DNA of 57,410 nt from positions 1 through 57,410 of the forward strand of contig NW_021834574.1 of NCBI RefSeq assembly GCF_006345805.1. Reading direction: 5' to 3'. The DNA comes from Octopus sinensis (lineage: Eukaryota). A program made the translations under genes and the position numbers. Below, one piece after another: positions 37,918-48,109 of this stretch. Under the pieces are notes generated by a model. The model was given only the letters and a program-made list of their open reading frames with translations, was not told the DNA's origin and searched no databases. Positions within the stretch are counted from its first letter, which is position 1. Each line of letters begins with the position of its first letter.

Positions 37918-40900
37918 TCACGAAAGCTTTCTAGCAACTGCCATTTGGTGCATGAGAGTGTTCGATGCAGCTGCCCTCATCTGCCCCTCCTGCCGTGAGG
38001 TTAGTTCATCTGGGACACCTGACAGGAAGAGATCCAGCTTCATTTTAAAGACATCTGCATCCACCCCATGCAGGTCTCTCAGGTTCTTCGGGAGGATATT
38101 GAAGAGCTGTGGGCCTCGGAAGCACAGGCTATCACAGAATCTTGTCCTACATCTTGATGGCAAGTCTGGAGTTATAGGCACCACGCAGTGGGGCCCAGTT
38201 CTGGCATTTGCGTAACTCTTGGCGTCAAAATTCAGGACACGTCCCTCCAGGATCTTCCAGATGTATATTATGGCATATCTTTCCCGCCTACGCTCCAGGG
38301 AATATAGTTTTAATCTCTTGAGTCTTTCCCAGTAGCTTACATTCTGCATAGAGGCTATCTTCTTCGTGTAGCTACGTTGGATCGCCTCGAGCTCTGTGAT
38401 CAACTTGACACTGGATGGTGACCATAACTGAGAGCAGTAGTCAAAGTGGCTTAGGACAAGTGTCCTCCAGAGAGCCATCATGGTTTCTTGTTCTCTTGTT
38501 CTAAAGGTTCTGAGGATCCATCCGGCCAGTCGTCTACATTTCATTGCCAATTTAGCAACATGTACACGAAAGGTCGCGTCATCACTCATGTAAATACCTA
38601 GGTCACGCACTGATTGTGCCTCTGGGATTGCTATTCCTCCGGGTCCAGTGTATTCATTGGGTATTGCATTTAGTTTTGCATGCTGATAGTATAGAGCTTG
38701 AAACTTTTCAGCATTGAACGGCATGCTATTCTTTTCAGCCCACTTGTATATTTTGTCTAGCTCACATTGCAGGTGTTTAGTGTCCTCAGGGTTCTGTATT
38801 GCCTGTGAAACTTTTGTATCATCTGCATAACTTGTGATCGTGGCTCTCTGCGTGGCTGAGGGCACGTCTGAGAGGGCCATTATGAACAGTAGATTCCCAG
38901 AACAGTGCCCTGCGGAACACCGCTCACTATTTGCGTGTTAATGGAAGTGGCCACATTGGCCACTACCACCTGACTTCTATCTTTCAGAAAGTCATGAAGC
39001 CATTCTCCCAGTTTTCCAACTATGTTGAGATCACGCAGTTTGTGACATATCATTCCATGATCGACTTTATCAAAGCAGGCCTTTGCAAAGTCGAGATATA
39101 TCACTTCCCACATTTGAGTGGTTGAGCAGCCGTTTCAGCACCCAGTCATAGTGTTGTAGGAGCTGAGTTAAACAGCTTCTCCCTGGTCGGAAACCATGTT
39201 GGGTGTCGGGCAGCAAGTCATTCTCTTCAAGGAAGGTGATCAGCTTCCATCTGACTATTCGTTCCATGACCTTGCTGATGTGTGAGGTCAGAGAGATAGG
39301 TCTATAGTTCTTGGCTTCCGCTCTGCTACCTCCTTTATGAATGGGGCATATTTTACCTTCCTTCAGTTTTCTTGGAAGTTCGCCAGCTGCAAGGAAGCTC
39401 TGAAAGAGGAACTGCAGTGGTCTTGCTAGGACTCTCTTACATGCTCTTAGGAGGATTGCCGGGAATCCATCGGGGCCAGTAGCTGAGTCTGTTTTCATTT
39501 CATCTATAGCCTTGATTACATCGTCTTCCTTTATATCGATGTAATCTATCGTCGCCGCCTCTGATTTTATATCTGCAGTGGTAAAAAATCAGTTGGATTG
39601 GTGATTTGGAGATGCCCAAGGGGTGGAGTGAAAACACTCTTGATTGCGCTCATTCAGTATTTCACTTACCCTCATTGGTTTTCCTGTAAGTGTGCCATCC
39701 TTTTCGAGGAGTGGCCCTATTCTACAGTGCACTGTAGCTGTTTCTTTGGCATACCTGTAGAAAGCTCTGGGGTTAGATTTTATGTTGTCTATAGCCCAGG
39801 CTTCTTTGTCTGCTCTTTCCTTTTCATGGGAGAGTTTCAGACATTTTTCGATTTCGAACAGTTTTATTTTTAGGCGGGACTTTTCACTGCTTTCAATCTG
39901 TTTGTTTAGGCGATTTGAAAACTTTGTACGCCGTCTCATTAGAATTTTCCTCTCTCTGGGGACTTTGTTCTTGTGTACAGTGGCCTTTCTCTCTGGGACA
40001 CATTTGTAGCATATGGCTTGCATTACAGACATGAATTGTTGAAGTTTCACGTCGATGTCTGGCGAGGAGAGACATTTAGGCCAGTTTTGTTTGAGGATCT
40101 CTTTCTCAATTTGTTTCCAGTTTGCCTTATGGTAGTTCAAGCCGGAAAGATTCTAAGGGTTTCTTGTAGGCTGCATGTCCGTGCTCTCTTTTGGCCCGTA
40201 CATGGTCAGCTCTATCATGTTGTGATCCGAGAGTAGCGTCGGTGTCACTTTCACATTATGGATGAGATCCATGTCATTTGTGAAGCAGAGATCCAGTGTG
40301 TTACCTGCCCTGGTTGGTTGGAGTATTACCTGCTCCATGTACAGGGTGTTGATGAGGTTCAGGAGGGACCTCGCCTGTCCTCGTTCACATCTTGTCATTC
40401 CTGGGAGAGAAAGGCCCTCGGGCCATCTGACATTGGGCAGATTGAAGTCTCCCATAAGAAGTACACTTATGTGTTGTTCTAATGTGGTTAGAACTTCTAT
40501 TTTTATAAGGCAGTCTTCAAACTTGCCCACATGGCTTGGGGCATCTGGAGGGCGATATGTAGCACACACAACTACATCAAGTTGCCTAATATGTACAATT
40601 AGTGTGTCACACACCGAGTTTGAGTATGACAAGAGGACCTGGGGTGTGAGGTCCTCACGGATGTACATAGCAACACCTCCATAACTCCTTTCTTTCCTGT
40701 CGGTCCGTAGTACAGCATACTGTGGTATGTGTAACTCCGCATCTGCTATGTCCGGTTTCAGGTGCGTTTCCGTAAGTGCTATGCATAAGGCTTGATTGCA
40801 TGCAACAAAGTCTCTCAGGAACGGGATCTTTGTCCTGTTACTGAGTGTTTGCAGTCCTCTGATGTTCAGTAGGAGCATCGAGGTGTGGTGTACGTTGTTG

Positions 40901-41022
40901 CCGGCGGTGTCCATCCTGGATCTGTTTGCTGTGGTGGTCTGGTATATAGTGGGTAGTCCCACCTGCGGGCTTGGGTTTGATGAAGCCAGGTCAGCTGCTG
41001 TACAATCTTTTGTGCCATGCAC
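37918..41022 (-). pseudogene. LINE ORF2 (APE endonuclease + RT) split into 5 frames
   Basis: LLLNIRGL, ALTETHL, RTDRKERSYGGVAMYIR, MGDFNLP, PTRAGNTLDL, LSDHNMI (endonuclease); YLDFAKA, FDKVDH, GVPQGTVLG, YADD (RT). Confidence 0.92.
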
Positions 41023-41771
41023 AAAAAAGATTGTTGCTCAGCAGCTGCCCTTTCGACAACATCATGTTGGCGGTTTGTGGCACGCACAACATCTGCGTAC
41101 CTCCGCTTTGGGGCAAGTGGTGTGTGGTCCATCCCTTTTCCTTGTGTTGATGGTTTGTCCATCTGCCTCGTGTCTCTGTGGCAGGGTCCCCGATGTGCAA
41201 AGCGGCAGCCTGCACCTTCCTTTCCATGCCAGCAGGAACCTCTCAGGTAGAACCTACACACCCGTGTGCGCTGTTTGTTTCCATCTTTTGCGGTTCCACT
41301 TCTATTCCTGGTTTTTTTCACCCTTTGGTCCTGCTTGAGCTTTTCCTTTCGCTCTTCCAGTCCTTCTTTTAGTTCTTCATCCTCCCTCTACCTCTTCACC
41401 GGGTTCTCCGTCTCCATGGCCCTTGCTGCCCGTTGGAGAACTTGCACCTGGGTTCACTTCCGGGCAGGTTTCTCATTCAAAACCTCCTCCCGGGCGTCCA
41501 CCAGGTGGGGATGACTTCTTTCATCATCTCCATTCTTGCCATCTTTGCCCCGCTCGTTCTCAAAGATGGCATCAAGTGCGCCAATGTGCGACCGTATAAG
41601 CGCATATGAGCGCACGAATTCCCGTCTCTTTCGCTCCATCTGAGCCGCTGTCCTCTTGTAGCCGTTGTTCTTCAGCGCAGCCGCAATCACCTCGCTAGTG
41701 CTATCTCCGTCGGCGCACTCCCAGGCTCGTACAAATAAATCTAGTTCGTCAGGTCTCCAGGCTCTGGACAT
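40866..41771 (-). pseudogene. LINE ORF1 type A (Myb/SANT-like N-terminus + CCCH zinc finger), frameshifted
   Basis: AWRPDELDLFVRAW...ALKNNGYKRTAAQMERKRREF, and CRFYLRGSCWHGKEGAGCRFAH. Colinear with the intact ORF at 45272-46069. Confidence 0.75.
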
Positions 41772-41809
41772 GCTGGATAATCTGTCTATTTGTTTATCTA
41801 TCTAACTAT

Positions 41810-42500
41810 GTTCGAGAGAAGACAAGAAGATATTAAGGCTAATTAGAAGATAGAGTATTTGAAAAAAATATTAACAATATTAAAGTTTGCGGGTAAAAAC
41901 GTTATTTAATCTTAAGGCTAATTAGAAGAGAGAGTATTCAAAAATATATTAAAGTGTGGGTAAAAATGTTAAAGTGTGGGTAAAAACGTTATTTAATCTT
42001 AAGGCTAATTAGAGGATAGATTATTATTAATATTAGCAATATTAAAGTTTGTGGGTAAAACGTTATTTAATCTTAAGGCTAATTAGGAGATAGAGTATCT
42101 GAAAATACGTTAACAATATTACAATTATATTAAAGTGTGGGTAAAAAACGTTATTTAATCTTAAGGCTAATTAGAAGATAGAGTATTCAAGAATATATTA
42201 AAGTGTGGGTAAAAATGTTAAAGTGTGGATAAGAACGTTATTTAATCTTAAGGCTAATTAGAGGATAGAGTATCTGAAAATATATTAACAAATATTAAAA
42301 TGTGGGTAAAAAGGCTAATTAGAAGATATTAAAGTGTGGGTAAAAAATTAGAAGATGTTAAAGTGTGGGTAAAAACGTTGTTTATTCTTAAGGCTAATTA
42401 GAAGATAGAGTATCTGAAAAATTATTAACAATGTTAAACAATATTAAACAATATTAAACGTTATTTAATCTTAAGGCTAATTAGAAGATAGAGTATCTGA
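41810..42500. repeat. Irregular AT-rich tandem repeat in the LINE 5' UTR (second copy ~43957-44670)
   Basis: Modules TTAATCTTAAGGCTAATTAGAAGATAGAGTAT and AAAGTGTGGGTAAAAACG are reiterated. Confidence 0.9.
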
Positions 42501-42629
42501 AAGAGGAGAGATGAGAGGGTAAGAAAGAGAGGAAAGATTATTCATCTATCTAAAGTTCGTGAAAGTTCACGTCCATGCATATATACGCATACATATATAC
42601 ATACACGCACACATATATACATACACGTG

Positions 42630-42661
<32 letters not shown>

Positions 42662-42832
42662 GACGGGGAGAGAAGGAAGGTGAAAAAAAAGAAAATGAGT
42701 GAAAATATATTAAAATATATATATTAAAGTGTGAAGAAAGGGTTATTTAATTCTGAAGCCAATTTCTGCTTTCGAGAACAGATATTGAGATGTAAACAAA
42801 ACAAAAATGGCGATCGTAACTTTAACGGAGAC

Positions 42833-44998
42833 TTCTTTCTTTCCTGTCGGTCCGTAGTACAACATACTGTGGTATGTGTAATTCCGCATCTGCTATGTCC
42901 GGTTTCAGATGCGTTTCTGTGAGTGCTATGCATAAGGCTTGATTGCATGCGACAAAGTCTCTCAGGAACGGGACTTTTGTCCTGTTACTGTGTGTTAGTA
43001 GTCCTCTGATGTTCAGTAGGAGCATCGAGTTGAGGTGTATGCTGTTGCCGGCGGTGTCCAACCTGGGTCCATCTGCTGTGGCGGTCTTGTGAACCGTGTG
43101 CAGTTCTATCTGCGAGCCTGAGCCTGATGGAGCCAGGTTAGCTGCTGTACAATCTTTTGTGCCATGCACAAAAAAGATTGTTGCTCAGCAGCTGCCCTTT
43201 CGACAACATCATGTTGGCGGTTTGTGGCACGCACAACATCTGCGTACCTCCGCTTTGGGGCAAGTGGTGTGTGGTCCATCCCTTTTCCTTGTGTTGATGG
43301 TTTGTCCATCTGCCTCGTGTCTCTGTGGCAGGGTCCCCGATGTGCAAAGCGGCAGCCTGCACCTTCCTTTCCATGCCAGCAGGAACCTCTCAGGTAGAAC
43401 CTACACACCCGTGTGCGCTGTTTGTTTCCATCTTTTGCGGTTCCACTTCTATTCCTGGTTTTTTCACCCTTTGGTCCTGCTTGAGCTTTTCCTTTCGCTC
43501 TTCCAGTCCTTCTTTTAGTTCTTCATCCTCCCTCTACCTCTTCACCGGGTTCTCCGTCTCCATGGCCCTTGCTGCCCGTTGGAGAACTTGCACCTGGGTT
43601 CACTTCCCGGGCAGGTTTCTCATTCAAAACCTCCTCCCGGGCGTCCACCAGGTGGGGATGACTTCTTTCATCATCTCCATTCTTGCCATCTTTGCCCCGC
43701 TCGTTCTCAAAGATGGCATCAAGTGCGCCAATGTGCGACCGTATAAGCGCATATGAGCGCACGAATTCCCGTCTCTTTCGCTCCATCTGAGCCGCTGTCC
43801 TCTTGTAGCCGTTGTTCTTCAGCGCAGCCGCAATCACCTCGCTAGTGCTATCTCCGTCGGCGCACTCCCAGGCTCGTACAAATAAATCTAGTTCGTCAGG
43901 TCTCCAGGCTCTGGACATGCTGGATAATCTGTCTATTTGTTTATCTATCTAACTATGTTCGAGAGAAGACAAGAAGATATTAAGGCTAATTAGAAGATAG
44001 AGTATTTGAAAAAAATATTAACAATATTAAAGTTTGCGGGTAAAAACGTTATTTAATCTTAAGGCTAATTAGAAGAGAGAGTATTCAAAAATATATTAAA
44101 GTGTGGGTAAAAATGTTAAAGTGTGGGTAAAAACGTTATTTAATCTTAAGGCTAATTAGAGGATAGATTATTATTAATATTAGCAATATTAAAGTTTGTG
44201 GGTAAAAACGTTATTTAATCTTAAGGCTAATTAGGAGATAGAGTATCTGAAAATACGTTAACAATATTACAATTATATTAAAGTGTGGGTAAAAACGTTA
44301 TTTAATCTTAAGGCTAATTAGAAGATAGAGTATCTGAAAATATATTAACAATATTAAAATGTGGGTAAAAAGGCTAATTAGAAGATATTAAAGTGTGGGT
44401 AAAAAACGTTATTTAATCTTAAGGCTAATTAGAGGATAGAGTATCTGAAAATATATTAACAATATTAAAATGTGGGTAAAAAGGCTAATTAGAAGATATT
44501 AAAGTGTGGGTAAAAAATTAGAAGATGTTAAAGTGTGGGTAAAAACGTTGTTTATTCTTAAGGCTAATTAGAAGATAGAGTATCTGAAAAATTATTAACA
44601 ATGTTAAACAATATTAACAATATTAAACGTTATTTAATCTTAGGCTAATTAGAAGATAGAGTATCTGAAAGAGGAGAGATGAGAGGGTAAGAAAGAGAGG
44701 AAAGATTATTCATCTATCTAAAGTTCGTGAAAGTTCACGTCCATGCATATATACGCATACATATATACATACACGCACACATATATACATACACGTGCAC
44801 ACACACACACACACACACATATACACAGACGGGGAGAGAAGGAAGGTGAAAAAAAAGAAAATGAGTGAAAATATATTAAAATATATATATTAAAGTGTGA
44901 AGAAAGGGTTATTTAATTCTGAAGCCAATTTCTGCTTTCGAGAACAGATATTGAGATGTAAACAAAACAAAAATGGCGATCGTAACTTTAACGGAGAC
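42833..44998 (-). mobile_element. 2166-bp tandem duplication unit: type-A 5' UTR + chimeric ORF1 (43106-43918) + type-B endonuclease stub
   Basis: Identical ORFs offset by 2166 bp (42724/44890, 42822/44988). ORF1 is type A until 43141-43179, then type B. Confidence 0.88.
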
Positions 44999-45335
44999 TT
45001 CTTTCTTTCCTGTCGGTCCGTAGTACAACATACTGTGGTATGTGTAATTCCGCATCTGCTATGTCCGGTTTCAGATGCGTTTCTGTGAGTGCTATGCATA
45101 AGGCTTGATTGCATGCGACAAAGTCTCTCAGGAACGGGACTTTTGTCCTGTTACTGTGTGTTAGTAGTCCTCTGATGTTCAGTAGGAGCATCGAGTTGAG
45201 GTGTATGCTGTTGCCGGCGGTGTCCAACCTGGGTCCATCTGCTGTGGCGGTCTTGTGAACCGTGTGCAGTTCTATCTGCGAGCCTGAGCCTGATGGAGCC
45301 AGGTTAGCTGCTGTACAATCTTTTGTGCCATGCAC
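44999..45335 (-). pseudogene. Type-B LINE ORF2 start (truncated APE endonuclease)
   Basis: SMLLLNIRGL...ALTETHLKPDIAD...RTDRKE, then an abrupt junction to the type-A 5' UTR. Confidence 0.85.
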
Positions 45336-46069
45336 AAAAAAGATTCCTGCTCAGCAGCTGCCCTTTCAACAACACGTTGGTGGTTTGTGGTACGCACCAC
45401 ATCTGCGTACCTCCGTTTTGGGGCCGGTGATGCGTGGTCCATCCCATTTCCTTTCGGTGGTTGGTTTCTGTGGCAGGGTCCCGGATGTGCAAAGCGGCAG
45501 CCTGCACCTTCCTCTCCATGCCGGCAGGCACCTTTCAGGTAGAACCTACATACCCGTGTGCACTGCTTGTTTCCATCCTTTTTGGCATATGGATAGTTAG
45601 GTTTGCCTCTATCCCTGGCTGCCTTGTCCCTTGGCTTTGTCTGAGTTTTAGCTTCAGTTTTTCCTCTTTTTTTGGCCTCTTCATCTCCGTGTCCATGGCT
45701 TTTGGTGCCGGTAGGAGCATCCGTACCTGGTTTCACCTCCCGGGCAGGCCTCTCGCTGGAGTTTTCTTCCTGGGCGTCCACCAGGTGGGGGTGACCCTCC
45801 TCACCTGCGCCCGCGTCTCCATCCTTGCCATCTTTACTTTGTTCGCGTTTTTCGCTGTTAAAAATGGCATCCAGTGTGTTTATGTGCGATCTGACAAGTG
45901 CGTATGAGCGTACGAACTCTTGCCTCTTCCGCTCTATTTGTGCTGACGTCCTTTTGAATCCTTTGTTCCTTAGTGCTGCCGCAATTATGTTACTTGGACT
46001 TTCTCCGTCAGCGCATTGCCATCCTCGCAGGAACCACGCCAGTTCATCACGTTTCCAAGCTCTGGACAT
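45272..46069 (-). CDS. Intact 265-aa LINE ORF1 type B (Myb/SANT-like + basic linker + CCCH zinc finger)
   Basis: ATG start. AWKRDELAWFLRGW...ALRNKGFKRTSAQIERKRQEF and CRFYLKGACRHGEEGAGCRFAH. Directly upstream of the endonuclease frame. Confidence 0.8.
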   Translation of the reverse strand: MSRAWKRDELAWFLRGWQCADGESPSNIIAAALRNKGFKRTSAQIERKRQEFVRSYALVRSHINTLDAIFNSEKREQSKDGKDGDAGAGEEGHPHLVDAQEENSSERPAREVKPGTDAPTGTKSHGHGDEEAKKRGKTEAKTQTKPRDKAARDRGKPNYPYAKKDGNKQCTRVCRFYLKGACRHGEEGAGCRFAHPGPCHRNQPPKGNGMDHASPAPKRRYADVVRTTNHQRVVERAAAEQESFLCMAQKIVQQLTWLHQAQARR

Positions 46070-46140
46070 TCTTGATATATTATCTATCTATCTAATTATG
46101 TTAATTATCTATACAATATGTTACATTACTCGGTAGTCAA

Positions 46141-46201
46141 GATAAAACTCTGAGTTTCAGATGCCGAAGTGGAAATCCACAACACCATCTCTTCGGTTAT
46201 C
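46141..46201 (-). ncRNA. Hammerhead-like motif at the 3' end of PLE (b), variant core
   Basis: GATAA-CCGAAGA-GATG...CATC-(T)-GAAA-CTCAGAG-TT^TTATC. Stems I-III pair, but U4 is C and there is an extra U before G12. Confidence 0.5.
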
Positions 46202-46384
46202 TGGCTATTTGAAAACGTTATGAAAAAATACCGTTAAATAAATGGAAATTACTCTGTTATAACTCTGCTTGCCTGCGTACTTATACATCGCTCGCATTTT
46301 TCGTCATAAAAATTATATAAAAATACATACAAAATATATAAAAATATATAAATTCTTCCTGGGACATAACACAGGAAGCATGTT

Positions 46385-47017
46385 TTATCTGTTTTCTTTA
46401 GGGGACCAAAAACGTAACAGAAATTTAGTCACATGTGGGCATGATCCGAAAAGCTCTGTCCTTGTATTTAGACATGTAGTAGGGTCTAAGCTGCTTTTCC
46501 AGATAAGCCATCTCTCCATGTCGCATAGACCGCACCTTCCGCTGCCGTTCGTATAGGGCTTACATCTGGCCAAAATCTTCCATTGTATGTTATAATCGAC
46601 ACCTTTATCTCTTAAAGACTAAATATGATTAGATAATTGTGTCGCTTTTCTTTTGTTCCAGTGCCTAAAGCTCAAAGTGTGGTTATTGAACCTGGCCTTG
46701 AAATTACCCTCTGTAAGGCCCACGTATTTCTTCGTCGAAACGGTGTCTTTAGTGGTTATAGAGTTTACGGTAGCTTCATATATGATGGTCTTGGACATGC
46801 AAGCTCCATTTAGCGGGCACAATTCTTTATTCCTGCATGAACAGCTGTTTTCTTCTTGTGTTTTTTGTATGTTATGTTTGATTATGTTTTTAAAATTGGT
46901 AGTTGAACTAAAACTAATTTTTAAATTGTGTCTATTGAAGAGTTTCCTATAAGTATGGTTAACTGGAAAATGTCTATCTATCAGTGCTAGGAAATATTTA
47001 CCTATATTGAAGGCCAC
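46385..47017 (-). pseudogene. PLE (b) linker + GIY-YIG endonuclease with one in-frame TAG
   Basis: ORFs 46619-47017 and 46385-46573 are in the same frame, separated by TAG at the position of a conserved W. Confidence 0.88.
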
Positions 47018-47079
47018 CTCGGGTGAGTAAGGGGGCGTAAACCAGATGACCTTCCTATTTCTATTATTCCTTTTCCTTA

Positions 47080-48105
47080 CTATTTTATTTTTTCGCTAAA
47101 ACCACTATCTTTTAAAGCCTTATTATAAACTGGGGCAACGCTATTGAAGATGTCCTCATTAGATGAGAGGCTAGAAATCCTCTTACAAATATTTTTAACT
47201 AAATTTTTGAATACTATAGGGGGATGGCATGAACCTACATTAATACAACTTAGTCTATCATTGGGCTTCCTATAAGGCTTATAAATATTATTATTAAGAT
47301 CTAAGGAAACGTCTAAGAAATTGACAACCGTCAGGTTAGTGTCTATAGTTATACTAAGTCCGAAGTGTTTCATTAACTGGATAATATCCTTCCTAAAACG
47401 ATCTTGTGCTGGTCCATTTGTATTAGCTGTTAAGGCGAGGGCATCATCTTTGTAGATGGCGAAATGTACGTTAGGGAATGTCTTACCGAAGGTATCTAGG
47501 AGAAAGACTCCAATTAGATCACAGATGCCTGCCCCATCATATGAACCCATGCTCACATCGAAAGCGCCCTCTGTGTCGGTGTTTTTTACCCACTTTGCAT
47601 TCTCACTGAAAAGTAATGTCTTTCTAGCATGGAAGATTATGTCCTTATCATTGGTACTAATTTCTATGAAGTCACTAGCGAAGATGAGGGCTTTATCTAG
47701 CAGTTCTTTAGAGATAGAGGCATAAAAATCAACAATATTGAATTGTGTAAATCTCGCTTTTTTCTTATTCTTAATAGCTTTAAACCAGTCTACGACTTCT
47801 ATACTATTGGACCATTGTACTAGCCTAGTATCGGTCTTAATTTTCGTATTTATTTTATCTAAAATTTCTTTGCTAATAATCCCAAGTTCTGACTTAGCTG
47901 GGTTAAGCCTACATTTAGGGTTGGAAAGGAAGTTTTCTTTGTGATCTTTAATAGTAATAAAGGCCTCTTTTTGGGGGAGGGCTTCTATTTTTTTATCTAA
48001 TTTAAGTTTAGCGGCGATGACGCTAGCTTCTTTATTAATTTCGTTATATGTCTGTGCCCTAGCCTTAGTATAATTATTAATGATGCTGTTGTGTATTTTA
48101 ACAGA
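47080..48105 (-). pseudogene. PLE (b) reverse transcriptase (the real part of ORF 47080-48540)
   Basis: RT motifs as listed above. The N-terminal part of the called ORF is microsatellite. Confidence 0.9.
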
Positions 48106-48109
48106 ATAT

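Larger units (their letters stand above)
37824..42832 (-). mobile_element. Full-length CR1/L2-group LINE (type A, ~5.0 kb): 5' UTR with tandem repeats, ORF1, ORF2 (APE + RT), (AATC)n tail
   Basis: ORF1, endonuclease, RT and 3' UTR are colinear. The 5' boundary is where the upstream type-B endonuclease fragment breaks off. Confidence 0.9.
46141..48105 (-). mobile_element. Penelope-like element (b), RT + GIY-YIG, 5'-truncated at a microsatellite (possibly Naiad-type; clade not tested)
   Basis: AFITIKDHKENF, PAKSELG, DFYASI, FDVSMGSYDG, YKDDAL, VNFLDV, HPP; then CPLNGAC, IIYEATV, YVGLTE, RFNNH, CGLCDME, LNTRTE, CPH. Confidence 0.92.

Noticed and set aside
41810-42500. AT-rich tandem modules as another ribozyme array
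   Set aside because: No CUGANGA core on either strand; they are part of the LINE 5' UTR.
40258-43756. Plus-strand ORFs antisense to LINE ORF1/ORF2 (e.g. 40262-40684, 40796-41338, 43096-43518) and similar ones at 5652, 20578, 37844 and 54343
   Set aside because: Shadow ORFs of the real minus-strand coding sequence, with no independent motifs.
46600-46640. In-frame stop in the PLE (b) endonuclease as a selenocysteine codon (known for some Naiad PLEs)
   Set aside because: The stop is TAG at a conserved Trp position, not TGA at a Cys position.
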